A DNA stretch of 63,570 nucleotides, counting the filler, from Octopus bimaculoides (lineage: Eukaryota): assembly GCF_001194135.2 (NCBI RefSeq). It is 9 parts of 8 records of this genome, joined end to end, with 100 filler letters (N's around TTAATTAATTAA, not from the genome) between each part and the next. Parts side by side here need not be neighbours in the genome. Positions count along the whole stretch, not along the records: positions 37,313 to 39,872 come from NC_068989.1; positions 39,973 to 45,505 come from NW_026310754.1; positions 45,606 to 54,817 come from NC_068982.1; 6 more parts are not named here. One strand, 5' to 3'. Of the stretch, positions 37,313 to 50,226 are shown one piece after another (the first letter of the stretch is position 1; each line of letters starts with the position of its first letter). The translations under genes and the position numbers were made by a program. A model generated the notes under the pieces. That model made no database searches, was not told the DNA's origin, and saw only the letters and a list, made by a program, of their open reading frames with translations.

Positions 37313-39275
37313 CACTGCTCACCACCTCTCACTGCACCTCTCACTGTCACTACTTCAACCAGCTCTAATGCTAAAATACCAACACGCCTACTACACCACC
37401 ATCACCATAACCAGCACCACCGCTGCCACCAAAATCTTCACCACCGCCACCGTCATCACCGCCACCGCCATCGCCGCAGCCACCGCCGCCGTCACAATCA
37501 TCAATTACAATTACTTTCTGAGCCCCATCACCACCACCATCACCATCACCACAACGAGCCCCACCACAACCAACGAACACTACGATGACGACCACCACTA
37601 CCACCTGTACTACTACCATAATCAATTAACCGCATTCGCCACCACCACCACTATCAGCATCCGCCACACCACCACCATCATCACTATTAAGCAACATTAC
37701 CACTGTCAGTACTATCATGAATATTGGCGCAACTGGGACCAGCACTACCACCACCACAACCACCAAGGCCACCACCACCACCACCATCATCATCATCATA
37801 ATCATCACACCCATTGCAACTAGTATCGCCACCACCAACACCACTGCCACCACTGCCACCACCACCGTCACCAGAATTATCACGCCCCCACATTCTCTAC
37901 TGCCGTGCAAATTACAATTATCAGAACTGTATAAAAGCTAAAACGCAATCCAACCGTGACTATCATTGTTATTTACAAAATGCACCGAAGAATAGTGCTC
38001 AAAGTATGTTAACCTGACAAGGGAGAGTCTATGCAGTCGCTAGAAATAGCAATCAAATTTTACTTATGTTATACCTTACCGTGTTAGAAAATGATGCACT
38101 GGCAAAAGCGGTTGCGTGTGTGTTCTCCTCTGCACATCACATCGTGTGGTAGTGCTGGTGGTGGGGGAGGTGGTGGTGATGGTGGTGGTACTGGTGGTGG
38201 TACTGGTGGTAGTGGTGGTGCTGGTTGTGGTGGTTGTGGTGGTGATGGTGGTTGTGGTGGTGCTGGTGGTGCTGGTGCTGGTGCTGGTGCTGGTAGTGCT
38301 GGTGGTGTTGGTGGTGTTGGTGGTGGAGGTGGTGATGGTGGTGGTGCTGGTGGTGCTGGTGGTGCTGGTGGTGCTGGTAGTGCTGGCGGTGGTGGTGGTG
38401 GNNNNNNNNNNNNNNNNNNNNNNNNNNNNNNNNNNNNNNNNNNNNNNNNNNNNNNNNNNNNNNNNNNNNNNNNNNNNNNNNNNNNNNNNNNNNNNNNNNN
38501 NNNNNNNNNNNNNNNNNNNNNNNNNNNNNNNNNNNNNNNNNNNNNNNNNNNNNNNNNNNNNNNNNNNNNNNNNNNNNNNNNNNNNNNNNNNNNNNNNNNN
38601 NNNGGTGCTGGTGGTGCTGGTGGTGCTGGTGGTGCTGGTAGTGCTGGCGGTGGTGGTGGTGGTGGTGGTGGTGGTAGTGGCAGCGGTGGTAGTGGTGGTG
38701 GTGGTGGTGGAGTGGATAGAATGGTCACGGCTGAAATGCATTTTCTTATTTCGGGGCTGATTTAGGATTAAATACCACAACCTTAACACTACCACCACTA
38801 CCAACAGCAACAATAACAACAGCAACAGCAACAAATTAACTGCGGCTATCGCTTCTAATTAGTTAAACCAATCACGACCGTCGTCACCACAACAACCACC
38901 ATCATCATCACCACCACCATCAACACCACCACCACCTTCATCACTATCACCACGGCCACCACCGTCATCTGCGCCTTCATCATAGTCACCACGGCTTCCA
39001 TCATCACAACCACCACCACCACCATCATCAGCATCATCAGCACCATCACCACCACCACCGCTATGACCATCCTCATCATCGTCATCATCATCACCACTAC
39101 CGCTATCATCATTTCCACGTCTATCAATCAACAATTAAAAATTACTACTAACAACTCTACACCGTCGCCGTCACCACCATCACCACCACTACCACCATCA
39201 CCATCACCGCCATAACCATCCCCACTATAACCATCACCGCCACCACCACCACTACCACTACCACTACCACCACCA
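37313..39275. repeat. Cluster of GC-rich trinucleotide tracts: (CAC)n 37313-37890, (GGT/GCT)n 38140-38712, (CAC/CAT)n 38780-39275
   Basis: Read directly from the sequence. Confidence 0.9.
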
Positions 39276-39424
39276 GACACACAGCAATTCGAACTAATAT
39301 AATAGGCTCTATGTGGTCGATTCATGTGTTAGAAATAGCTACCAGAACTCCTTAGAAAAGGACACATTTGGCAATATGATTGTAGGTTGGTTTCTTGCAG
39401 AAAGGAAATAAAAAATGGAATGAT

Positions 39425-39626
39425 CATGAGTAGTCTATACAGTTCTATATTTAAGAGATGAAGAATTATGTACATTATTTACATTATTTACAATTGATGG
39501 ATATTTGTCCTCATCTTGTTTGTTTTTAACTCAACGTTTCGGCTGATATACACTCCAGCCTTCATCAGGTGTCTTGGGGAAATTTCGAACCTGGGTTCTC
39601 ATTCCTAAGGTATTTTTCAATGTTGC
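39425..39626 (-). mobile_element. Penelope pLTR-like repeat containing a canonical-core minimal hammerhead
   Basis: Minus strand: GACAC CTGATGA aGGCTG-gagtgtatat-CAGCC GAA ACGT T GAGTT. Confidence 0.7.
39528..39573 (-). ncRNA. Minimal type-I hammerhead ribozyme (CUGAUGA core, ACGT stem III)
   Basis: Intact core and 5-bp stem II; stem I GACAC/GAGTT has one mismatch. Confidence 0.6.
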
Positions 39627-39872
39627 TATTATTATTATTATTATTTTATGTTTGACTTTTGTTTTGCATTTGTACAAGTTGGATCCAAGTCTCACCCAGA
39701 GACCTCAAGAGACAACAAGTTAGAAGTTCATGTAGGTGTTATGCCTAGGGTACCATATATTTGGATTTGTACAGTTTTGTTCAAGTGAATGTTTAAGAAA
39801 CCATAAGAAAATTATGTTTGCTTTAAAATTTGAGATCACATAGACAGTATTTTACGTAGGATATGGGCAGTT
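39627..39872 (-). mobile_element. R4/Dong 3' end (TAHILRKILSM*, 3'UTR, (AAT)n tail)
   Basis: C-terminal peptide matches 53240-53272 (TVHILSKALSI*); ends in (ATT)n. Confidence 0.75.
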
Positions 39873-40569
39873 NNNNNNNNNNNNNNNNNNNNNNNNNNNN
39901 NNNNNNNNNNNNNNNNTTAATTAATTAANNNNNNNNNNNNNNNNNNNNNNNNNNNNNNNNNNNNNNNNNNNNTATAAATATATACATATATGTGTGTATG
40001 TGCGTATGTATGTTCCCATGCTTATACATTATATGTGCATATGTAAAATTATATTCAATTATAAGGAGTAGGGACGGGTTCAGTGTAAGTGAATGTGAGT
40101 CCTATCGAAGTTAATGGATTTCTAAACCAACAATAATATTTTACTTCGGTCCAAGAACAACACTTGCTGCGAAGAATAGATATAGTCTAATAATTTAATG
40201 ACTACAGTGCTTAGGATTTTAGAGAAATAACAACAGAGAATTCTAGTACAAACTTAAGTGAGGTTGATGCATTAACACTTTTGTGTCACAGCCGTCTTCC
40301 ACAAAGCATTTTAGAAGATATCTACTCTGCATATGTAAATATTGCATTTTGGGTAAAGTGCTGAGATAATTTCTGACATGAATTTCAGAAAACTTACGTC
40401 AGTATTCAAAATTGTGCTAGAATAAACAAACTTAACTATGATTTGTGACATAATGTCTACTGTAGACATAGTCAAAAGTTATTTTGTATTAACCCTCAAA
40501 CTTAAATGGAGATCTTGAATTTTCGCTTTATCTACAAGTAGCAACGATATTACTGTCAACCGGTCCGTC

Positions 40570-40720
40570 GACGAGCTGGCAGAATCGTGTGGCGGGCAAG
40601 ATGCTTCTTTACGTTCTTGTCTTTACGTTCTGTGGTTAAACTCCACCTAGGTTGACTCTGGCTTTCATCCTTTTGGGATTGATGAAATAAGTAAAATTTG
40701 AGTGCTAGCCTTCTGGCAAA
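40570..40720 (+). mobile_element. SINE family C, highly diverged monomer
   Basis: gacgagctggcagaatcgt...tttacgttctgtggttaaactcc...ggctttcatcc. Confidence 0.6.
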
Positions 40721-42129
40721 ATTTCAACCGACGTTACTTTCAACCAGCTGTTCAACACATGAAATAGGACTGAATCACTGGACAATATAGACATGTGTAC
40801 GTGTGTATATGCATGTGTATGAGTTTATGTGTTTGTGCAATTATGCCTCGAAAAACATATGAGCTGGCGAATTCTATACTACGTTTTGCTGAGAGTTATA
40901 CATAAATATCAGTCTCTACACACATCTACAACTGAACAGTATATAAGCAACAGATTCTTATGTTTGCAAGAATTCCAGCTGCACAATTGCAGTTTTGTCA
41001 TTTACAATATTAGCCTTAACAACGTGTTCATCATTATGAAATAAATTAAATAAATGAATGAAACCTAACTTTGCCAAAGTAAAAGATTGTTACTTCTGAA
41101 TCAATAAGCTTTAACAGACTTAAATGCTTAACTTAATAAAACTGTCTGGCTCTTTCAAACGTTACCAAGAGATTTAAAGAAGGTAAAAATGTGCAACAAA
41201 CTATAATGAGATTAGTATCTCCCGAGTTTTGAGAGAAGGCGCAAAATTGTTTGCAAATTAACAATGGAGACACCTTCAATATTTTGGTTAAGAGACGGTG
41301 GTTAATAAGTCTCTCATTTTGCATGAGAGAAAATTCTAGCTTACGCATGCATAACAGATTGTTCAACCCATCAGTATAGCAACCAATCTGTCTATCTATC
41401 TATCTATCTATCTATCTATCGATCGATCTTTCTGTCTGTCTGTGTTTCTCTCTCTCTCTCCCTCTCCCTCCCCCCCCNNNNNNNNNNNNNNNNNNNNNNN
41501 NNNNNNNNNNNNNNNNNNNNNNNNNNNNNNNNNNNNNNNNNNNNNNNNNNNNNNNNNNNNNNNNNNNNNNNNNNNNNNNNNNNNNNNNNNNNNNNNNNNN
41601 NNNNNNNNNNNNNNNNNNNNNNNNNNNNNNNNNNNNNNNNNNNNNNNNNNNNNNNNNNNNNNNNNNNNNNNNNNNNNNNNNNNNNNNNNNNNNNNNNNNN
41701 NNNNNNNNNNNNNNNNNNNNNNNNNNNNNNNNNNNNNNNNNNNNNNNNNNNNNNNNNNNNNNNNNNNNNNNNNNNNNNNNNNNNNNNNNNNNNNNNNNNN
41801 NNNNNNNNNNNNNNNNNNNNNNNNNNNNNNNNNNNNNNNNNNNNNNNNNNNNNNNNNNNNNNNNNNNNNNNNNNNNNNNNNNNNNNNNNNNNNNNNNNNN
41901 NNNNNNNNNNNNNNNNNNNNNNNNNNNNNNNNNNNNNNNNNNNNNNNNNNNNNNNNNNNNNNNNNNNNNNNNNNNNNNNNNNNNNNNNNNNNNNNNNNNN
42001 NNNNNNNNNNNNNNNNNNNNNNNNNNNNNNNNNNNNNNNNNNNNNNNNNNNNNNNNNNNNNNNNNNNNNNNNNNNNNNNNNNNNNNNNNNNNNNNNNNNN
42101 ATATGTACATACTTACATCTACATGTGTA

Positions 42130-42558
42130 TATAGATGCATAACAGGGTACGAACGTTACGAAAATGAACTACAGACAACAAAACGAACACATAGGAAAAC
42201 AGATAGCCACTTGGAATTATTCCTTCGTCAGCTGTCTCTATTCTAACTAGACGTTTCGAAGATAAGGCAGGGTACTCTAGAATAGTCTCTTCCTGAGTAG
42301 TGGATCGACCCTCTAAACAGAGGATTCCAAGGTGGCAAACACAAACCAAGACAGGAAAAATTGGACAGTGAAAACAACATTAAGAAGCTGTACGGGCAAA
42401 CACGAATCTGGTATTGAACGCTAGAGATAGGACGAAGCTGGACGGAGAAAATACAGTTCGTGTCGCCTTCATAGTGGCAGGAGTGAAAGGAGAGAGTTGA
42501 CCAGAGGTCACACGTGAGCAGAGAGGATGGTAGAGGGAGGAAGTGGAACAAGGAGGAA

Positions 42559-42604
<46 letters not shown>

Positions 42605-44230
42605 GAGCCTTACACTTATGACGAAAATCTTGTATTAGTGGAATCTTTTCAGCTAGTGACGATGAATCCGTTTGAAGAGTCATCGTACATTCTTAATATT
42701 TTCTTAATCATATAGTTTTGTGCAGAATGCTGCCGACTGTTTTTGTACATAGTCTTTACGCCAGGAATCAAAGTGTCACCAACATTTGAGCAATGCGTTA
42801 ATGCAACCATCAAAGAAACCGTGAAGAATCAGTTTGGAAACCGCAGTTAAAGCCTGAATTAGAGATCCAAAATTGACGAAAAATAATCCACACAGATCTA
42901 AACGAGGGAGTAGATAAGTCAACCGCCTGAGATTATGCAGAACGTAAACCAAATTTGTAGAAATATTGTCAGTGCAATTATACGGATTTCAGAAGCGATC
43001 CAAGAAAATAGCACTATTAATCTTGTACGATCAACTCATTCAATCAAATATAGCTTAATTCAGATTTAGAACCAAGACCTCCACAAATTTTCCAACTGGA
43101 ACACGTCATAATGGTGAAGCTGTAAGGAAACGTGATTGATTCAACGTCGACTATTCTTCCCAGGAAATAAGATATCAAACATTTTAATATACCTGAATAA
43201 CAAAGAAAACGAAGTGAGAATCTGACTCCAGGGAAATTTAAATTCGAAATTGAAATATTATGATTACGGGCGGACTCTAATCAACAAAAGTATTAAGTCA
43301 CCCAGAGAAGACGTAAAAGGAAAAAAAATTAAATGTACCGAAGACCAAAATATGAGAACAGTATTAATTTTTAGAGAGAAAATGTCAAAGTGAATATTTG
43401 ACTCACTCCACAACCTCGTTGACAAAAGTTGTGATACATGTTTTAATAATTTTACAACTTAACTCACAATATTATGATAGCCCATAGCTGAATAAAGCTA
43501 AAATCTATATGATTACTTGCAAACGACAAAACGAATACCAAAAGGTCAAATTTATACTGACCTAAGATACAGAAACAACATCATTTTGGTAACATTGCAA
43601 GAAACATTCAGAATTGATGCTTTGCGATTTCCAGAACTGAAGATTTTAATATATGTACAACGTGAAACATAATCACATACAAGTGATTTTAATTATCCCA
43701 ATCTTCAACACCAAAACCAATATACACACTAAAAAGAAAGTCCCTATCTATAATTTGCAGCAAGCTACCAAAATCATACGAAAACTATGCCGTTTGAACT
43801 AGCACGAGGAATATGCTCAATAGTTTCAAGTCAAAAATCTCGGAATAAGAGATATTTTAGAATTAGAATAAATACAAAACGGTGCTCAATAATGTTGATT
43901 AATAAAAGAAGTGAACGTACCAAACAATAGTTATTTAAAATTATAAATGACAATAAACAGTTCACATACACCATATTCTCTGTCTTGCCTCACCAGAGAC
44001 AACCCAAGTAATACAGAAACATACATTATCAATTTGAACTGTCACTTATTAAATCATGCCTCAAGAAGGAATGGAAAACGTGATTAGAATTCACAAAAGA
44101 ATCAAAAGAAAAAAGAAACTAAAACACTAGAAAAGAATTTGGTGCAATTGCGTCCACTGAAACGGTACCACAAGCTAAATATGTAGTAGACTTAACAATA
44201 GAACCTCTTTCGGGGCTTATTTTCACTATT
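42130..44230 (+). pseudogene. Degenerate Penelope-like element (RT relic) with inverted pLTR-like 5' segment
   Basis: Fragments LRYRNNIILV (RYIDD-like) and PYL*FAASYQNHTKTMPFELARGICSIVS (YLHF.SCHP.HTK..IPF.LARRIC-like); hammerhead-like motifs on minus at 42212-42301. Confidence 0.6.
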
Positions 44231-45457
44231 ACATTTCATTATCTTCTTTACAAAAATGTATATTTGCACTATGAAATGTAAAATTTTTAACAGGTATTAT
44301 ATATTACAAATGAAGCTTAAATTGTCGAACAGTTTTTCTATTTGTAGACAACAAATACAAACTCCGAATAGAAGACAGAATCAGCTCAGGGAACACTTAC
44401 ATCTATATGCAAGAAAAAAATTACTCTTTAAATTTTCTATTTTATGTAGGTTTTAGTAAAACCGCTGAAAAATATGGTAAAATCTTGGACCCCCTTCGGT
44501 CATGAATGACCATGAGATTGCACCTCAAAAGTTACCTTCCGAGTCACAAGTCTAGGCAAGGTTGTCATGGAAAACCAGCAGTTTCCCATATACACCAGCC
44601 TCCCCTCTCCATGCCATCGATGCAATCCAAGGGAAAGGCTAAGGCCGATACAGCTTGGACCAGTGAGGTCGCAACTCATTTCTACAGCTGAGTGAACTGG
44701 AGTAACGTGACAGAATTTCCCTAAAGAACACAAAAAACAGCTCAGTCCGGGAATCGAACACACTACCCCATAACTGTGGGCCGGATGCCCTAACCACTGA
44801 GCCATGGACCGTCACACAATGTACACTTAAGTTGTAACAATGTACTGAACAAAGACATTATAGTATCATAGTTACCATCCTCACACACAAACACACAGTT
44901 GACCATATATAAATGGATTAGTTTATTTTTCTAATTCTTATCTATTCTGAAAACCTATTGGTCATGCTATTACATCACACATTTACTGGATTGGCATATC
45001 ATTAGTCCCTGGCTCAGCTATGGTCGATACAATCACATAATGGATACATTGACACAATGAGCGATTGTTACAGTTATTCTGTGACGTGAGATATTTACTG
45101 GACTAGAATCGTATTAAAATCTGGCGCAGATTTCATTCATAAAATGACACGGTACTGATGCACAGACATCATTCGGAACAAGTCAAATTATATTCCATTA
45201 CACCAAACCATCTTCCGGCAAGCAGATTATTTGCTAACTTGCTGGTAATTGAATAATACAATTCAAAAATAATACAATTCAAAAATACAATTTTCAAACT
45301 CTATTCGGACTGCAGTTGGTTCACGTCTTTCATATCACAATTCATTTGAAAATTAAAAAATTGAGAAGTCAGTACTGCAACTTCTTTTAGTACATCGAGT
45401 GCATTTTAAAATTATTTCCTTTATACACACACTCACGCAAAAACATGCATGTATCTG

Positions 45458-45489
<32 letters not shown>

Positions 45490-45605
45490 AATATATATGT
45501 ATATANNNNNNNNNNNNNNNNNNNNNNNNNNNNNNNNNNNNNNNNNNNNTTAATTAATTAANNNNNNNNNNNNNNNNNNNNNNNNNNNNNNNNNNNNNNN
45601 NNNNN

Positions 45606-46496
45606 TATAAGGTATACTATATTAAACCAGACTCTGATTCCTCTAAGGCAGGTGAAAATATTAACAATATCAATAATAATAGTAATAATAATATTAACAT
45701 CGCAAGAAAGAATAGAGGTAAACCACAATACCCTAGACATGAACCCAATTCTAACATGAGTAGAGTAAGATTCTTTAGGAATAGTAGTAATATTTATAAT
45801 ACTAAAAATGAGGATAATATATGGTTCGTTATTCCATTTGGTAAACAAATTAAGTCTAACTTAGTTGCCCTGTTCAGGAATGTTGTTAGTAGAAATTTTC
45901 CCAAAAACTCGCATTACTACAAAATCATAAACGCACATAAGGTCAGATTTGGATTTTCAAATACCAAGAATTTAACACAAATTATCGCCTCCCACAACTT
46001 TAAACTATTAAGCTCTAACTTTATTGAAGAGTCTAATAATATAAATATAGGTAATAATCTTAATTTTCTAGGTGATACAGTTATAGATAATTTAAAAGTC
46101 AACAAAAACAATAATACGAATATTAATAATAACAACAAAATAGTAATATCAGAATTAAATCCTAATAGAATTAAATTCCTAAGTGTAAATGCTAAGACCA
46201 AAAATACTGTATACCAGTGTAAGGTATTAACTGACAATGATGTTAGGGTTTATATAGGATCGTCTTCACTTGAAATTTCGAAAAGAATATCGAATCATTA
46301 TTCAACATTTAGGGATAGAAAGAAACAAAATAACACTGGGCTTAGCAGATTAATTTAGCAACTTAAAGACCAAAATAAGGGGTATTCTTTAGAATGGTCA
46401 ATTATAGGAAAACTGTTTCCATACGACAAGGGCAAAGATTTTTGTTCCCTCTGTAATTTAGAATTGTATTTCATACTTTTCTCTAATTCTATGTAA
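45606..46496 (+). pseudogene. Penelope-like element C-terminal region with GIY-YIG endonuclease
   Basis: Frame open from the gap edge: NIWFVIPF...NFPKNSHYYKIIN...SNTKNL.QIIASHN..LL...TVYQCKV...VYIGSS...RISNHYSTF...GLSRLI*QLKD...EWSII...CSLCNLE; single TAG at 46356-46358. Confidence 0.85.
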
Positions 46497-46964
46497 ATTT
46501 TGTATAGATGATATCGAAATAATTGTTTACTGCTTGCCTTATCGATTAAATCTCTTCATTTATAAATATTGTAATTTAATTTCACTACTAAGTTAATGTA
46601 ATGTATATTTAAATTTTTGATTGTTGCAATTTGAATGTAACCTAATTTATTTTATTTTATAATTTATAAGTTATAATTTCTTAATTATCTTGATTACATA
46701 TCCTTAAATTGTCTCAAAAATATTTTAATTTAAAAATTAATATAATGATTTGATAGGGTTAAACAAATTGGAGTGAATTATTTAGATTGTTAAAATATAT
46801 ATTATTTTGCTAGATTTACCTCTCTTTGACCATGATTTTTTATGTTAATTTTATTTCTGTTATGATCTATTATAGATAAGTTTTCTTCCTTCGTTTTAGG
46901 TTAGTTGCCTTTTTCTCAAACATCTAATGCATTATTTGATATAATAGCTTCGTATACATGTAGC

Positions 46965-49030
46965 TACTTAACATCCTGATTTTTCCTGAAACCACCTTGT
47001 AGTCCCTGAGAGCAATGCTCATCATTTCTATGTCATTATGATCCAACACCACTATGGTGACTTTGTTGCCATATGCCAACATGCATCTCCCACATCCTAA
47101 GTCATGCAGGATGCCTCTCAATGCCTCCAGTTTGTGTAGTAGTGGCTTGAGAATCAGTACATACAAGAGAGATGAGAGGGGGCAATATTCCCGAATTGCC
47201 GAATCGAGCACATGATGTTGAACTGCTCTGAGAGGTGACCGTTCACTCTGACCACTGAAGAGATGTTGCTGTGCATTGCAGTGATCCTGCCCTTGAATAC
47301 AGGCCTGAAACCAGCTGCCTTGAGGACCACTTCCAGATATAGATGGTCGACCTTATCAAAAGCTTTACACTGATCTAAATTGATCAGGGCCCCACTGTGC
47401 CAGGTCCTTTAATCATTTTCTCGATGATGTAACACATGAGGTGGAGGTTGTCGTTGATGGATCTTTTTGGGATGGTACATGTCTGTGCCTCCCCTACCAG
47501 TTCCCCAATGACAAATTCCAACCTTGTGGCTAACACCTTGGCCAAAATTATGAACTTTACATTCAGCAGAGTTATGGGCCTAAAGTTGTCAATACAATCC
47601 CCCTTTGTTGGATCTTTTCTCAGCAATACCACTGCTCCTTGGCTTACAGAATTGAGAATTCTCCCATTCTGTTGCCAGTTGCAGTAACCATTTGCTAAGA
47701 GGTCACCAAACAAGTCTGGCACGTAAGCGTAAAGTTCGTAGGGCAGACCATCGAAAGCAGGCAATTTACCCCTCGTCCACTAAGCCATTGCTTCCCATAT
47801 TTCAAAGGCTGTTTTTAGCCTTTAACAGCACTCCTTCTCTATTGGTGAAAGCTGTGGCAGCCTGTCGAAGTAGGACATAAAATCCATCCTGTGATCCAGC
47901 TCACTGCTGCTCTTGAACAGTTGAGCAAAGCACTGCTGAAAGGCCACGCACATCTCTCTCAGATCAGTTATCATTTGTCTATCATGGTCTAGCAAGGATC
48001 AGTTCGTGAATTTATTGCCTGGTCACACCTCTGCCACTCGGGCCTATTGAACTGTTTTTGTTCCTTCGTGTCTAAGTGCTCATGCCTTAGCTCTGTCAAT
48101 GCAACCTTCATATTTTGAGTTGAAGTGCCAATCTCTCTGTGAGCACATCAGTCGCAAAGCCTTTTCTAAAGCCTCATCTAACTTCTTGACAAACTCTGTT
48201 TCTTTCTACTGCTAGCCCTTTGCAAAACTTTATTGATTCTATTCTAATTGCCTTTTTCAGAACCAACCACCATTTATTGTTGATTATTGCTCCCGTCAAT
48301 TTCCTCTTAACTAGTTCACTAATCTGGTTACTGAAATCTTTACGCGCTGGCAACAACATGTTCAGCTTCCATTAAATGGGTCCATGAAGCCTATCTAAGT
48401 TGACTGTACAGATCACGAATTTGTGGTCTATGTATTCAACTACCTTAAATTGTGGATAACCTATGCTTATCCTTATCTGCTACTCTATAGAATACCCTAT
48501 CTAGATATGATCTGGATGATCTGATGTGGTTTCATCAGAAACACGGTACCATCAGTGAAATGCAGTCGATACCTGTCAGACAGTTGGAATCGTCTGAGCA
48601 GGTTTGTAAGGCTTTTGCATCTTCTTCTTCTACCTGCTGAACTCACACAGTCCCACCTTACATCTAAAACTCCATTCCAATCCCCCACTAACACTAAAGA
48701 GCTGGATGTTTCCAGGAAAGTTTCCAGACATCTGAAGAAATTTGGTCGAAGCAAAGATGGCAACTAGCCTGAAAGTATGACCTTCACTCTCTGCCACGTA
48801 TTGAAAGATCTAAATTCTTCCAAACTATTATGGTGACTCTGCCTTCCACTCCCAGATAACTTGGAGTCACTGAAACATAGACAACATAGTAACCAAAAAT
48901 GTGTTGGAAGTCCTGTTAGTTGGAAAATCTGGTTTCACTTATGGCTATCAAGTCAACATTTAGTGCCCAGAGATGACTTTGCTTCCAATATGAAGAGTGC
49001 AATCATATTTTCTTGAATGATATTTCAGCT
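46965..49030 (-). pseudogene. L1/Tx1-clade LINE ORF2 relic (APE endonuclease + RT), 3'-truncated
   Basis: LIAISETR, VLVGDWNGVLD, DGLPYELY, FRPITLLN...ILAKVLATRL, NLDQCKAFDKVDH, CPLSSLLYVL; many stops and frameshifts. Confidence 0.93.
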
Positions 49031-49639
49031 TGCCTGCCTTTGTCGAGTTCAACATGAAAAGTGAAACAGGAATTTAAAATCATAGAATTCAAAATTCAAA
49101 CAAGAGCAACAAGCATCCCCATATTGATTGAATGACATCATCAGTCTTCAATTTTCAAGTTTACAACTGACAAAAAGAAAAAAAAGAAAAAAGGGAAAAT
49201 GAAAAGTAACAAAAAAAAAGATTTAATCATACAGTTTTGTGTAAATATGATGAAATTATCCTGCCATCTTGTTCATCCCTCCAAAGCATGATGTTAATAA
49301 CTTACAAACATATTTCTCCTCATGTCATTTGCAATTTCTTTTTATCATTATTCACTGTAACTAAATTTAACATAGGGGTGTACAAAAGCATTTGCATGTT
49401 TCCAACAATCCCTTATATCAACAGAAATCATTTTTGACTGAATTATATAATGTAGATGATTGGAGTGGTGGGAGAGGAAAAAGTTGTATGACGTGGGCTT
49501 GAAAAATTACTTACTATTCTGCCTTCAGAAAACTTTTGAATCCAAAAACTTAACGCTAGTTTTTGAAAAACTCAACATAAATTTTATATTGGACTTAAAA
49601 CCTTTTTTTAGCGTATCATTCCAAGAAATGCAAGAAGTT

Positions 49640-49990
49640 GTCTTGTGATCCTTCTCAGAAAAAAAAAAAAGGCATCATCAATGAACCATAAGTGGAGTAT
49701 TGGTTCATGACTATGCAGACATTCAAATATCTTCAGTATCAATTTCAAATTCACAGCCATGGGGTTACCCATGGCCCAACCCCTTGTCTAGTGGCAAAAT
49801 TTTTGTCCCAACTTCATTGTGTTACTTTGTAACACAAACTTCCCTTTTCTGAAGGCATTCATGCATGCTTCCACCCCATCATCATGGTCAATATTATGAT
49901 ATAGTGAAGAAATAGCCATGGTTAACAAAAAACAGTTTCTGAGACTATTTTGTTGCTTAGAAATATTGTTAATTTTGGACACAAAATCAA
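49640..49990 (-). pseudogene. Penelope-like RT fragment
   Basis: LLTMAISSLYHNIDHDDGVEAC ... GWAMGNPMA ... WFIDDAFF. Confidence 0.85.
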
Positions 49991-50226
49991 AAGTAACCCA
50001 AATATAGAATGTCGATCATTTTTCTATCAAACTACTCCAAAGTTTTGGCTGTACAACATTCGTGTGCACTGCAAATTGTGCACATTAGAGAAAATTTTTT
50101 GAACTTTTTGCATTCTTTTTTTCTGGCCCTAAAATATTGGATTAAACCTTTATGAAAGTTTTCCTCCATTTCCAGTATTATTTTGTGAAGTTACTCTTTG
50201 TAACTGTTGTTTGGTTTGACAGGTAA

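Noticed and set aside
38084-38834. Gly/Ala-rich silk-like ORF (and Pro/Ala, Thr/Ser, Val/Leu frames)
   Set aside because: All frames are open because of (GGT/GCT)n repeats and an N gap; no signal peptide, splice support or unique domain.
49756-49776. GCCATGGG-gtta-CCCATGGC hairpin
   Set aside because: By-product of the AMGNPMA peptide symmetry in the PLE RT relic.
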